A DNA stretch of 64,000 bases, taken from positions 147,002,001-147,066,000 of the forward strand of contig NC_042998.1 in the NCBI RefSeq assembly GCF_006345805.1. Reading direction: 5' to 3'. A program made the position numbers and the translations under genes. The stretch's first letter is position 1. Each line of letters begins with the position of its first letter. This document shows positions 27,355-40,809 of the stretch, in pieces. The notes beneath the pieces are model-generated. The model had not been told where the DNA came from and searched no databases. It saw only the letters and a program-made list of their open reading frames with translations. This DNA is from Octopus sinensis (taxonomy: Eukaryota).

Positions 27355-27570
27355 GAAGGTGGCGAGCTGACAGAATCATTAGTGCGCCGAACGAAATGTT
27401 TAGTGGCCTTTCTTCCGGATCTTTATGTTCTGAGTTCAAATTCCGCCAAGGTCGACTTTGCCTTTCATCCTTCCGGGGTCGATAAAATAAGTTCCAGTTA
27501 AACACTGGGGTCAATGTAATCAACTTCCCCCTCCCCTCATAATCAATGACCTTGTGCCAAATTTAGAAAG
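27355..27570 (+). mobile_element. SINE family C (Nin/Deu-like domain)
   Basis: GAGTTCAAATTCCGCCAAGGTCGACTTTGCCTTTCATCCTTCCGGGGTCGATAAAATAAGT. Confidence 0.8.
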
Positions 27571-27877
27571 AATTAATTAATCAACTGACCTATAAAAATA
27601 CATACATAATAATATAGTCAACAATGTTCTGAAGTCAGTTAATTAAAGTGGTCTACTTGTATATAAACTTTAATATTTTATACGTAATAGCATAAATGTG
27701 AACTACGATTGTCAACCTCGAATCAAGTGTTTATACGCCAAGTGGTTTTGTAATCAACAAACCTCTTTGAATTTCATCGCACTTTTTATGCCGTCCTCTT
27801 TAGAATATAACTCCGCTCTTAATATTCACTTCCTAAAATATTTTAATGGCTCATACTCTGATGCACACGTGCATGTA

Positions 27878-27915
<38 letters not shown>

Positions 27916-28597
27916 CTTCTCTCTCTCCTCCTCTCTCCCCCCTCTCTCACACACACAGGAATGGTGGAAATGAGAAATATATAGTACTGTAATGTCCATA
28001 TATTTACTTATGGCTTATTGACGAGTGTCAAACGGTTCCAACTAGAAACAGAAAATGGGTCGTGTAGATAGATAAGTATGTGTGCTTGGGTGTCTGTGTG
28101 TGCCTGTATGTGTATGTGCCTGTCTATGTGTTGTGTGTATGTGCGCGCGCGTGGTATAAGCCTAGTATAGCTGAATTTTTTAAAGAAGTCTGCTTCATAA
28201 CCACGAAGCCCGGGTTCGATCTCATAGTCTGGTATCTTTGACTTGTTTTTATGGCAAATTTACACAGTGTAGCTACATATATCATCAACTGAGTAAATGA
28301 AGGAGTCTCTGTGTGGTCGCTGATTTGCTAGAAATATAATCAAATCCAGCCGCCTGACTTATTGAAAACTTGACACATTGGACCATATAGAGTCCAGTAT
28401 ACGGACATGACTGAAATACCTTCGATTATTGGTTTTATTGTTCAGGAATAAATCGGGTTAAACAATAATAACAACTCATACACCGGCATCTAAAATTTTA
28501 TACATCCCTCCAGACACACACACACATATATAATGCATGTATAAATTATATATATATACATTCGAATTTGTATGATTGTGTATAGAACCATATATTA

Positions 28598-28895
28598 ATC
28601 AATGAAATTCCAACTTAGTCTCATTTTCACGTTTTCTTATTTGCATTTTTTACAATTTTACAATATTGAAATAAACTAGTACATTTATGCGTTACGCAGT
28701 CATCAAGTTTATGTAGTGATAGTTGTGTTTCACAATTGATTGACAACTGTAGAACACGACTATCACTACATAAACCTGATGGTTGTGTAACACATGAAAG
28801 TATTAGTTTATTTCAATATTGTAAAATTGTAAAAATTGCAAATAATAAAACGTGAAAATCCAACAAAGTTGGAATTTGGAATTTCATTGGTTTAT
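28598..28895. repeat. Diverged ~140-bp-arm inverted repeat with paired hammerhead motifs
   Basis: Arms are reverse complements around ~28741; hammerheads at 28672-28711(-) and 28771-28810(+). Confidence 0.85.
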
Positions 28896-28914
28896 ATAAA
28901 GAAATAACTGAGAT

Positions 28915-29120
28915 TCAGATGAATTAGGTAATTAAGGCGAAGCACCAAATCAGTGTGGTATTATCCGTACAACTAAAAGTAAGGTGAATAAAATCAAAAT
29001 AAACAACAGGATATCAAGAGGTGATGCAGTACGACCGTTTCAAGCGGCTCCATTGCATTGAACAATGCAATTATTGCAACAATTTAAACGTAGGGCTATT
29101 CTCAGCTACATAAACAAACA
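28915..29120 (-). mobile_element. PLE-like terminal repeat with hammerhead variant
   Basis: Homologous to 47630-47775 and 46623-46690; minus strand atgtag-CTGAGAA...GAAA-cggtcg-TA-ctgcat (29024-29111). Confidence 0.55.
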
Positions 29121-30484
29121 GAATTATTAATCAGTTCGATACATTAATATAATTTTACGCAAATGTTCTAATAGAGCAAGAAGACGGAAAGAATCCATGT
29201 TGCCAGTTATATAGCTAAGAAAATGCTACCCTTCTACGAAATGTATGAAGTTTGTTGGCGTCTTAGCTTGTAAAGGATTGTGGTTCATTTTTAATTTATT
29301 AGTCTTTTTATCAACTACCAAATCTAAGACCAGAGGACTGTGTCTGTTTAGAATGGGGGGTAGGAGTGAGTTACAGCACATAGCTGGGTATGGTCATAAA
29401 TATTCTAGGATTAGTATAAAGTAACTGTCTATAAAGGGGGCTGGGTTGGGGGAAGACCTCAAATCAAGATATTAATTACCAGTTAAAGGGGCAAGACGCT
29501 AATAAAACCTATGATGTTAATACAAAGGACATTATCATGGGGTACTATGGGTGATTGTATATAAACAATATTGTTATGTTGTATAAAGATAAAATTTAAG
29601 ATTATTAAAAATGATATTATAACCAAAATAGATAAAGTGTGTATATATACCAGTTTTCAGCATTGAAAAGGGAAGATTACATAAAATTATTTTGATATTC
29701 ATTTATGCACTTAATTATTTACTTGTTAGGTGGTTTCTATAAAGACTGCTCAGGGTACTTACTTATGAAATACTTATAAGCTAAGAATCAGAAAAAAAGA
29801 ACGGAAAAAATTATAAGTTGTGTACAGATATACACGCATATTTAACTATGTGCACACATGCAAATATACATAAATATTTATACTTTATTATGGATATGTT
29901 ATAATCAACTCTCATAGACTTAAGTAACTCGAAAGTTTATATCTTTATCTAAGAACAGTAACAATATATAAAGGATAAGAGGTTAATAGGTAAAGATATA
30001 AAGATAAAACAAAATTATAAGAAATTATAGAGAATAGTAACAATATATATATATAACTTACTTTTTAAAGAGACAGAGTATTAAAATTTGAGGTAGGGGA
30101 GAGATAAAGGTAATCTCACTGAAGAAGCAATAGGTATAGTAGTAGTGAGGGCAGTAGGAGATATTCAGACAGAAGGGGTATTTTATAAGTTATAAAGTTA
30201 CCTTTGTTATTACATACATGATTTTATAGTTTCACAGGGGTATATAATTAGGATGCTTACTTACATAAAGCCATTACAAAATACATAATATGATTAGTAG
30301 GGTAGAACACCATAGAAAGGAACGAATAGTTTAATCACCAAAAACATGATGAAGTCAGACTAACTAGGCAGGATTATTCATTGGAAAGTAACTACATGTA
30401 ACATACCACATACCACATAGCTTATAACATATGCAATGCACTTTAAATTCATCATATTACTCAATATCCCATGATTTTATTATA

Positions 30485-31093
30485 TTAGGTCATCCCATAA
30501 GTTCTGTCCGATTTTACCTTTTTTAAAATTGAATGAAATTTGATAGGATTTTAGAATGTCTAACGGAATTAAAAATTATTTTTATGCATTTGTGTGCATT
30601 TAAACTAATTAAATATAAGTTCACAGAATAATAGAATTAAAATTTCTTTGCCTTTCTAACATGGAAGTATCCAAAGGGCATTTGAGGCCCATAATGCTTT
30701 ATGAGTACAAAAAAGGAAACTCTGCAGCCGAAGCGACTCGAAACATACACTCAGTTTATGGGAAAGAATGCTTGAATGAAAGAACTTGCAGAAGATGGTT
30801 TTCAAAATTCAGAAGTAGAGATTTCAGCCTTGAAGATGAAGATCGAACAGGACGTCCAGTTGAGTTTGAAGATAAGCTCCTTGAGACATTACTCGAAGAA
30901 AATCCTGCATAATCAGTTGAAGAACTGGCAATAAAGCTTAGTTCAAACCATACAACTGTTCATCGTCATCTTCAACAACTTGGAAAGATTCCTAAACTTG
31001 GAAAATGGGTGCCTCATGAATTGTCCGGAAGCAACAGCAAATCCCGAGTTGACATCTGCTCTTCTCTCCATTCTCGCGAACTCATTTCACCCT
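30485..31093 (+). mobile_element. mariner element 5' half (TIR + N-terminal transposase), truncated at a SINE
   Basis: TA|TTAGGTCATCCCATAAG TIR; MEVSKGHLRPIMLYEYKKG..RRWFSKF..RTGRP, in-frame stop, then KLGKWVPHEL. Confidence 0.9.
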
Positions 31094-31094
31094 T

Positions 31095-31265
31095 TTAGCT
31101 GTTCATTAGCAGTTCGGCAAGAGAGAACGATAGAATAAGTACTAGGCTTACATAAAAAGTCCTGTGGTCGATTTGTTCGACTAAAACCTTTCAAGACAAT
31201 GCCCCAGCATGGCTGCAGTCGGATAATTGAAATAAGTAAAAAAATAAAAGATGGAAGATAAAAGA
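31095..31265 (+). mobile_element. SINE family B 3' half
   Basis: TTAGCAGTTCGGCAAGAGAG...CCAGCATGGCTGCAGTC. Confidence 0.8.
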
Positions 31266-31439
31266 TGAATGAATAAATAAATTGCATTGCCACCACAGAA
31301 AAATAGAACAAAGCGAGAAAGAGAGGAGCAAGGAGCTAAGTGACTCTTCAACTGGGAGACTGGCTTATGAAAGTAAATTTGAGTTAGGTTTGAGTCTAAG
31401 AGAAAAGCAGAAGAGAAACATTTCAGGTTTGTGAATAAT

Positions 31440-31850
31440 TCCGTCAGATATGTTAGTCTCAGTTTCCTGTCAAGGTACGTTAGTCTCAACTTCCTGTCAC
31501 AACACGTTATTCTCCACTTCTTGCCATATCACGTGAAACTCCGCCACTTCTTGTCATTACACTTTACTTTCCGCTCGCTCTCACGAGATTTAATTACTGC
31601 TTCCTGTCATGTCACGTGAATCTCAATTTCCTGTCATGAGATGTTAATTTTCACTTGTAGTTATGTCACACGAGTCTCAATTTCATGTCATGAGACGTTA
31701 ATCTCCACTTCTTGTCATGTCACACTAGTCCCAATTTTCTGTTGTGACACGGTAATCTTTACTTCTTGTTATGTCACGTGAGTCTCAACTTCTTGTCAGA
31801 CTCATGAGTCGTGAGCCTCTCAACTTCCTGTTATGCCACATTAGCCTACA
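31440..31850. repeat. Diverged ~27-bp minisatellite
   Basis: Units resembling CACGTGAGTCTCAACTTCCTGTCATGT, roughly 15 copies. Confidence 0.8.
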
Positions 31851-32140
31851 CTTACGATAGCAAAACTACAATAGCGCGCACCCCCCACACTTGCGCACGT
31901 ATACACGCACACTCTACAAACACAATTTTTTACTTTATTTTCTAACTATAAGGTGACTAATTGCTTCCTGAGTGAAACTGAAATACTCCAAGCAAGAACG
32001 AATGATTTATAACAGTAATATAATTATAATAGAAATATTATAGTCCAAACATTATCAAAATATTTCGAAGAAAGCAACCATAACTGTCAACTCAAGGTAA
32101 TAATGCTTAGTTTTTAGAGAACACTGGCAAAACAGTGTGC

Positions 32141-32168
32141 GTGTGAGAGAGAGAGAGAAAGAGAGAGT

Positions 32169-32214
<46 letters not shown>

Positions 32215-32312
32215 TGGAAGTGGAGGAGGAGAGAAGACGTATAATAATAATAGTAGTAGTAGTAGTAGTAGTAATAATAATAATGATGATGATGATAATA
32301 ATGATAATAATG

Positions 32313-32361
<49 letters not shown>

Positions 32362-32525
32362 TAATAATAAAAGATATGAGGGAAGAAGATGAGGAGGAAG
32401 AAAAAGGACTGGAAGGAAAAGGAGAAAGAAGAAGACGACGAGGACTAAGAAGAAGGAGGAGGAGGAGGAGGAGGAGAAGAAGAAGAAGAAGAAGAAGAAG
32501 AAGAAGAAGAGAAGAAGAAGAGAGT
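32141..32525. repeat. Compound microsatellite (GA)n/(TAG)n/(AAT)n/(GAG)n/(GAA)n
   Basis: Direct inspection. Confidence 0.95.
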
Positions 32526-33142
32526 AGACGAAAAAGCACGGTAAACAATGAAATCTAATAGAAGTGAATAGAAAAATAAGCAAGTGAAATTAAGGTGCCA
32601 GTATACCTAGAAATCTTAAAGAACATTAAATTGGTTCGACAATTTGGCGCTAAATGGAATTCTGGAGATGTTTCGCTTCAGTCAACAAATGCGAATAAGA
32701 ACGGATGATTAAATTATTTATAACTAAGAGTAATAGTCCATCCGATAAAGAAGACATTATTAGAGTCATCTCAGTGACAGTACGGAATGTAGTTTTGTTG
32801 TTTAGAAACACAGCTATTGCAGTATCGATACGGTAGGTTTGCAAACATCTTAAGCCACCCTGTCGTCTTTATAAAAATGGCGGCTAGTTTCATTCCATAT
32901 ATTTGTCAATGACATTGCTTATAAGTCAATTCGCCCGTAAAATTAAGTTTCTAAGCCTATTTGCCCGTAATTATTATTAGCAGGATCCATGAAAAGATTG
33001 ATGGGGGTACATTCAACGCGGGCCTAGCTATTTTCCAGGAATGTCAGAAAATGCTGGCATATATTAAAAACTGACGTTCAAAGAAGTGAAGATTTTGTAA
33101 CTTCTGATAAAATGAGTCCAGAGGTTCTGTAATATGTTGTGT

Positions 33143-33219
<77 letters not shown>

Positions 33220-33599
33220 TGTGTTCGGGACGGTCATTTTTGTTTCTTGCCAAATAAACACACGCACTATATATTAGTTCTTCACTCATTTATTATTGTT
33301 CTCATTTGATCTTATTTCTATTGTCTGGCAGTCTTTCGTCAAACATCTGTGACCTCCTCAGCGATGTTTTCCATACCCATGCATTCTCACTCACCGCCGC
33401 CGCTGCCAGTACGCCAGACTATGAGAAAACATGAGAAAAAAAAAACATAAAAAACAAAGTGAAAGAAATAATGAGAAGAAAAAATCGAAAAGAAAAGAAC
33501 AAGAAGGAAAAATGAAAAGATAGTACCTGAAGATGGTTGATGTAAAGGTAATTTTAAAAGCCGTTATGCAAACCACCATCCTTCTTTCCGACACATTGA

Positions 33600-33850
33600 C
33601 AAAAGTTAGGCCACTACGTTGACTAGCCATGATAAATTCTGAAGACCAAATGCACACCACATACAATCAAGTGGGAATCGGGGAGAAATCTAAATCATAT
33701 ATAAATGGATCAAAGAGATGCAAGCTAGGTGAAGCTGAATGGTCGCACATTCCATTTAGGCCCAAGAATTCCACCACATTACTTATTTCCAGATCCGAAA
33801 TGTTTACCACATACAAGCACAAGGACAGACTTCTTTTGTGGACCTAGAGG
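33600..33850 (+). pseudogene. PLE GIY-YIG C-terminal remnant (different PLE lineage)
   Basis: ATTLTSH...KSKSYINGSKRCKLGEAE..HI....TTLLISRSEMFTTYKHKDR resembles the Y.NGSKRC.LCL.EK..I...LN.RSE....CRH C-terminus. Confidence 0.7.
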
Positions 33851-34129
33851 ACGCCATCCGCTTCGGATTGAGTAGTTATCTCACAGACTTTGGCCTACTT
33901 GTCTTACATTAATGATGGTTTCTGTAGTTAAAGAAGAGGACGATCTTGGTTTTGTTACTTCCCTTTTCCTTCTTCTCGTTCCACTTTTTGCATTAACCTT
34001 CTTCACGCTTGTTTTTCTTCTCATTTTTTTTTCTCGCCCTGGTCTTTAAATACATCTAACGTTATAAACTGAACCTGAAAGATTGCTGAGAGACACATGG
34101 CATGTTATATAAATCTGCCAGTTTAATGT

Positions 34130-34515
34130 ATATTCTTTTCTGCTCTAGTCACAAGGCCCGAAATTTTTGGGGAGGGGCCAGTCGATTACATCGACCCCAG
34201 TACGCAACTGGTACTTAATTTATCGATCCCGAAAGGATGAAAGGCAAAGTCGACCTCAGTGGAATTTGAATTCATAACGTAAAGACAGACGAAATACCTA
34301 TTTCTTTACTACCCACAAGGGGCTAAACACAGAGGGACAAACAAGGACAGACAAATGGATTAAGTCGATTACATCAACCCCAGAGCGTAACTGGTACTTA
34401 ATTTATCGACCCCGAAAGGATGAAAGGCAAAGTCGACCTCGGCGGAATTTGAACTCAGAACGTAACGGCAGACGAAATACGGCTACGCATTTCGTTCTGC
34501 CAGCTCGCCGCCTTC
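34130..34515 (-). mobile_element. SINE family C with internally duplicated domain
   Basis: GTCGATTACATC..CCCAG...GAAAGGATGAAAGGCAAAGTCGACCTC occurs twice (~34180 and ~34364). Confidence 0.85.
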
Positions 34516-34624
34516 AATTTGATGTATATTAAAAGCATGAAACTATTAGTGGCTCTTTTGTAATTGTTTGTATTAAATGATATATGTGTGTGCTTGTATG
34601 TATGTATATATGTATGAATGTATG

Positions 34625-34658
<34 letters not shown>

Positions 34659-35022
34659 TGTATGTATGTATGTATGTATTTATGTATGTATGTATGTATG
34701 TATGTGCATGTATGTATGTATGTATGTATGTATGTATGTATGTATGTATTATGTTATGTATGTATATAATGTACTTCTTCGTTTTCCGTTTTTCATTTTC
34801 CTTCTGTGTTTTTTAACCTTCCCAACTTTTCGCGTTTCTTCTATATTATTTTTAGTTCGTAGTGAAATGCGGTTTGTGCCTAACGAATATGCTTGAAGTT
34901 TTTCTTAACACATGAAACTATTAGTAGCTTTTAAAACATGTATTGTGTCTATCAAATAATGCATACATACTTAAATACATACATACATACATACATACAT
35001 TACATACATACATACATACATT

Positions 35023-35069
<47 letters not shown>

Positions 35070-35077
35070 AACACATA

Positions 35078-35463
35078 TCTTATATAAAATTCGTTCTGTC
35101 TGTGTGGGACTTTTAGGAACTCGGGCATCCTCCATCCGATTGCGCTCAAATTTGATGTGTAGATACCGACGGTATCAGGGCGTGTATAAGTCTTGAAAAA
35201 ATTACAAAAATCGATTCCAGGTGAGAATGCAATCGATAAAGTCGTGGGAACGTGCATTTGTACGCGCAAGTACATCAGCTGTTGCGATCTATACTGCGCA
35301 TACGCGAGAAAAATGCACGGTGTCTCAAATTTAGGTTAAATCAGTGTTTTAGGTTAAATCAATGGGGAGGACTATGGGACGGTCGAACAAGTTATTTTTA
35401 GAAAGTTTGGTTTAAATGTTTGACAACTTAGCACCGTCCATTGGATGGGGGGCGTTTTACTCG
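35078..35463 (+). mobile_element. Short non-autonomous Helitron
   Basis: A|TCTTATATAAAA 5' end; 3' hairpin CCGTCCA-T-TGGATGG then CTCG|T (CTAG-like). Confidence 0.6.
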
Positions 35464-35567
35464 TATATATATATATTTATTTATATTTCCTGAGCGCCAT
35501 ACTAATACAATTGTTCGTTTGTTTTCCACCTGCCTTCGTCTTTTGTCTATTTTCATAAAGCTTCCCG

Positions 35568-35601
<34 letters not shown>

Positions 35602-35604
<3 letters not shown>

Positions 35605-36401
35605 TAGAATTCACAAAAAAAAACACAAAGACGAATACAGGTGGTGTAGACAACAGATGTATTAGTATAACGCCCGGGAAGTGTGAAAGGCTTTAACGTT
35701 TCGAGCATACGCTAATGCACAGAAAAGAAAACCGAAAGAAACAAGGAGAGACAATAAAGAATGTGTAGTGGCTAGCGATCTATCATGGTGAAGGCCGGAC
35801 AGAAGGGTCACACAAGAGAGTTAGGGAGAAGGGGAGATAACAAAGTAGTGATGAGCCGAAAACGAAGGTGCGCGTGCGTGTGTATAAGGGAGTTTGTTTG
35901 TGCGTGTGGAAGAGGGCTGGTGATCTTGACGTGTGCTTGTGTGTATGTGTAGGTGTGAAAATATGGGTCTGGGAAGTGGTCAGTGCTGATGTGTTAGTGG
36001 CGGTGTGTTGTGTGGTATGGTGGTGTAAGGTGTAGTGGTGTGTAGTGTGGTGTGATGGTGATGGGAGGTGGGGGAGGCGGGAGTGACGAAAACAAAGATG
36101 GGTGTTGGTTAGGCTGAGGGTGGGGGTAGAAGTGGGGTGTGTGTAGGCGTAATGGTGGGGGTATGCGGGAGTAGGTGTAAGGGGTGGGATGGGGATGGAT
36201 ACGGAAGGTGGGGTTGCAATGTGTAGGGGCGGGGTGGGTTTACGAGGGAGGGGTGACGATGAAGGGAGGGAGGAAAAGGTGGGTAGAGTGAAGAGAAGAG
36301 AGAAGGAGAGTGGGAATGAAGAGAAGAAGGAGTCGGAGCAAGAGAGGAGAGGTGGGTGGAAGGATGTATGTGTGAGGGGGAGAGAGGCGAGGGGAGGAGA
36401 G
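35602..36401 (-). mobile_element. Solo PLE pseudo-LTR (family of 6865-7550)
   Basis: Colinear homology with 6865-7550; bounded by TA tracts. Confidence 0.85.
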
Positions 36402-36413
36402 TATATATATATA

Positions 36414-39015
36414 CGTACAGGAGAAACCTAAAGTCATTAACTTATCAAAGAAAACTCTATCCATAACAAAAATCAATATACTAGCCAAAGGTTTAAAGTT
36501 CACCCCAACCCCACGAAAAGCTAACCATACTGAAATTAAAGACAATGTTTCGGAATTCTGCTGAAAACTACGACTCGCAGAAGCACTAACTGACTACGAC
36601 AACGAAGATGAATCACTTGTCAAAAACAGAAGTAATTACCTTCCACATAAGGGTAGGAATAAAACACTGGATGACTTCTGCAATCATATCCAAAGTTTCC
36701 CCTACACATCCATTAAATGAAAAATTAATCCTAACCTCAACAATCTAGAATGGAAAAATCTGACTGAACTACAAAATGACAAAGAGCTGACAATTAAAGA
36801 AGCTGACAAAGGAAGTGCTGTAGTTCTGATGGACACAGAACACTATAAAAAACTAGTACTTTCCATACTAGAAAACGAAGCCTTCTACGAAAAAGTTATG
36901 AACTATAAACAACAAAAAACAATGAAAAATCTTGCATCCTTAATTCTTCTACATGGAAAAGGCCTGACAGAAAAAGAAACAGACTACATCACGAACTTCA
37001 AATGTAAACCCAGTCTTTTTTACGGCCTCCCTAAAATACACAAGAGCAAGATAATCAATGAAGCCTGCAAACAATCACCAGGCAAATATATACATATCCA
37101 AACGCCAGAAGACTTGACTTTAAGACCCATTTTAGCTGGGTCGGCCTGTGAAACCCACCGACTAAGCAATTTTGTAGACATCCTACTGAAACCCTTGCTG
37201 AAATACATCAAAAGTTTCATTAGGGATGATTTAGACATACTAGAACACCTACCAAAAACAATTAATGAAGAGGCAATATTGGTTACCTTCGATGTTATCA
37301 ATCTTTACACCAACATCCCCCATGACTATGGAATAAAAGCAATTAAATTACCCCGAAGTCCTCCTGGAACGCATATGCCAGATCTTTATTATTGAATCCT
37401 TAAAATTTATACTTCAGAACAATTATTTCCTATTTGATGACACATACTATCGTCAGAAATGCGGAATTGTGATGGGGACGAAAGCAGCTCCTGTTCTTGC
37501 GAACCTAATAATGGGTTATTTTGAATTCACCTTATATGAAGTATCACTTCAGAAATATGGTTACCCATTTTACCTCTACATAAGAGAAAATTGGAAGAGA
37601 TACCTAGATGACTGCTTTATCATCTGGAAGGAGAACATTGACAAACTTTTGGATTTCAAAACAACACTAAATGACATAAATAGTAACATTCAATTCACAA
37701 TGGAATATAACAAAGAACAACTCCCATTTTTAGACATCATGATAAAAAAAAGTTAACAATGAAATCATAACTGACATTTATTATAAAACAGCTGATTCAA
37801 AACAATATCTTCTCTTTAACTCATGCCACCCGAAACACATCAAAATAAACATCCCTTTCAACTTAGCAAAAAGGATCTGCACAATAGTGTCTGATAGAAC
37901 AACTCGGGACCTTCGTCTTCAAGACCTTAAAACAACACTTATTGAAAGACAATATCCACCCTTTCTTATCGACGAGGGAATTAAACGTGCCAAACAATTA
38001 GACACAAAAACACTAAGAACAATAAAAGATAACACCACACCTCAACTCAAAACATTACTATTTATATCAACACACAACCCCAGAAACAGTGAGGCCTTCA
38101 GCACTATTGTGCAAACTCTTCCTTTACTAACTAGAGATCCAAAAATGAACGACATCCTGAAAACACACAAACTCATCAAATGCAAAAAAAAAGACAAATC
38201 GCTAAAGAAACTACTAACAAATGCGACGCTTTACAACACAACCACGAAACCAACGGTTGAAAAATGTGGACGCCCAAACTGTGGAACCTGCTCCAACCTG
38301 CTTGAAGGTTAGGATTTCCTTTTCAAACAAGGACAGAGATTCACAATTAAAACTAGTTTCACTTGTGCCTCTGATAACCTACTTTATGTAATAACCTGCT
38401 CGGGTTGCGGACACCACTATATTGGACAAGCGAGTATGACCTTGAGAAAGAGAACCACTCTACATAAGGAGCAAATCCGTTTCCCGCAATACAGACAAAT
38501 TCCTCTCAGTGAACATATAGAAAAATGTGCAGGTAACATCAAACCAAATTTCACAGTCTTCCCTTTCTACCAGTGCAGAGACGCAATCTCTCAACTAGAA
38601 CGTTTAAATAAAGAAACTTTTTTCATTGAAAGATACAAAACACGTCTTAATATGCACGCATAACCAACTTTTATCTTTTTACATATTTCAATTCACGATT
38701 ACATCCCTGTACATAAATCCTCTACTAAACAAGGTTTTTGAAACTTGTCTCTGTCTGTACACATATGTAATCCCCACACATTACCGAAAGCTGAACAGTT
38801 ATCTCTCTTACCCACAACAATAACAATAATAACGACAACCATTTACCTCCCTTAATTTCATCACACACAATATGGACCAAATTCTAAAGAAAAAATATAT
38901 ATTCAAATAAGTAAAACATAATATCATGAATAGCGATAGCGAAACTGGTCGATATATTAAAAATTATATTAAAACTATATAAGTGTGCGTATTTTCCTTT
39001 TTTAATTTCTTAAAT
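36414..39015 (+). mobile_element. Penelope-like element, most of ORF preserved as a pseudogene
   Basis: VINLSK..LAKGLKFTPTP, IKEADKGSAVV, FYGLPKIHK, RPILAG, FDVINLYTNIP, MGTKAAPVLANL, RYLDD, KCGRPNCGTC linker, LYVITCSGCGHHYIGQ GIY-YIG; several stops and frameshifts. Confidence 0.95.
38921..38955 (+). ncRNA. Minimal hammerhead variant (core ATGAATA) in PLE 3' pLTR
   Basis: atatc-ATGAATA-gc gata gc-GAAA-ctgg-TC-gatat; perfect 5-bp stem I. Confidence 0.6.
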
Positions 39016-39036
39016 ATATATATATATATATATATA

Positions 39037-39169
<133 letters not shown>

Positions 39170-39435
39170 ATATATATTATATATATATATAATATATATA
39201 TATACAGCTCATGTATTATGTGTTTGTGTGTTTGAGTATGTACGTTTGTGCATGTGCGTATGTACGTGCGTTCGAGTTTGTGCGCGCGCATGGTCTTTTT
39301 ATTTAGCTATTGATAGTGGAGCAATAAACCTCACTGTCGGAAGTAAGTGACACCTGGTGAAAGCGATAGATGTCGAAAGTAAAACCAACATGGATGATGC
39401 CACAAACTCAAACAGCAGTGAAATACAGACACATA

Positions 39436-39474
<39 letters not shown>

Positions 39475-39993
39475 AAACAAACGTATATATATATATATAT
39501 ATATTTGTATATATATGTATATATATTGCCTAGCATCATTGAGACACCCCTTTTATACAGAACGTTTCTGTCGGAAACTAGTTTCCTCTGTAAAGGGAAA
39601 TAATCAGAGTTTGCAGTTTATGAATGATGTTTGGATGCGTACGTGGACCTTTGAGATCTATATTTGATAATTCGTGTGGGTGGAGTTGTTAATGGTGCTT
39701 AGCATTGGTGTTGCCACTGCTGCTGCTGCTGATGAAGATGACGATAATGGTGACGGGGTTATGGTGGTGGTGTGCTTATAATGAATTTGGTGATCCTGGT
39801 TTGTATACAGGTGGGCGGATTGTGGTGGGGCTGGGGTTATCTCGATTTCCATGTTGTCATAGTGGATATAATCCTGCTATCGATATGTGTGTGTGTATAA
39901 ATATATATGCATATAGAGACATATATATATACATATATATATCTACATACATACTTACATAATAATATTTATCCATATATACACACACATATG

Positions 39994-40024
<31 letters not shown>

Positions 40025-40269
40025 ACATATAAGTATAGGCGTGTGTACATGTACATATAAATCTATGTATGCGTGTGTATTTTATTTTTCTATGTCATCT
40101 ATCCCTCTATAAATACATACATATACATTAATATATATTTGCATACATATATTTATAGACATATATATTCTTTTATTCTCTTATTTTTGTCAGTCATTTG
40201 ACTGCGGCTATGCTGTATATGTATATGAGTAAGTATGTATGACGATATATATATGTATACACCCACAAT

Positions 40270-40311
<42 letters not shown>

Positions 40312-40809
40312 CGTACACTTATATACGTATACGATGGGGAAAATGCAGGAATGATGATGATGATGGCGGCGACGACGACTATAATGATAATAACTGCATA
40401 AACTGGTGACAATCATAAATAACAATAAAAACCCATCAAGAGCGAAGGATGTAGATGAAAATGTCCTCACCGCTGCTGCTGCTGCTGTCGTTGTTGCTAT
40501 TGTTCGTTTGTTTCTGCGCTGTAAACACTTCTCTGGAAAAGAGATTAATACGACAATAGCTGTGATTAATGATTAATAAAATATCTTCTTTTTTCAAGTA
40601 TTTTAGTGTTTGTTGATTTATTTTTCTGTTAGTCATGATACGAAAGAAAATTACAGTTTGCGTTGTTGCTGTTGTTGTTTAACCACAGGTCAGCCTTGAT
40701 CATGCATGCATATAATCAAAAGGCACCCAAGCACCAACCTTCTCGTTATGTTTGTGTATATGTATGTATGCACGTATATATGTATGATATGTATTACATT
40801 TTATGCATC

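Noticed and set aside
31440-31850. CRISPR-like array
   Set aside because: Contiguous degenerate units with no unique spacers, no cas genes, eukaryotic context.
36414-38663. In-frame TGA codons in PLE ORFs as selenocysteine recoding (reported for some Naiad PLEs)
   Set aside because: The TGAs fall at likely Arg positions (FC*KLRL; LAD*FAEH at ~15005), consistent with CGA>TGA decay. TAG stops and frameshifts are also present.
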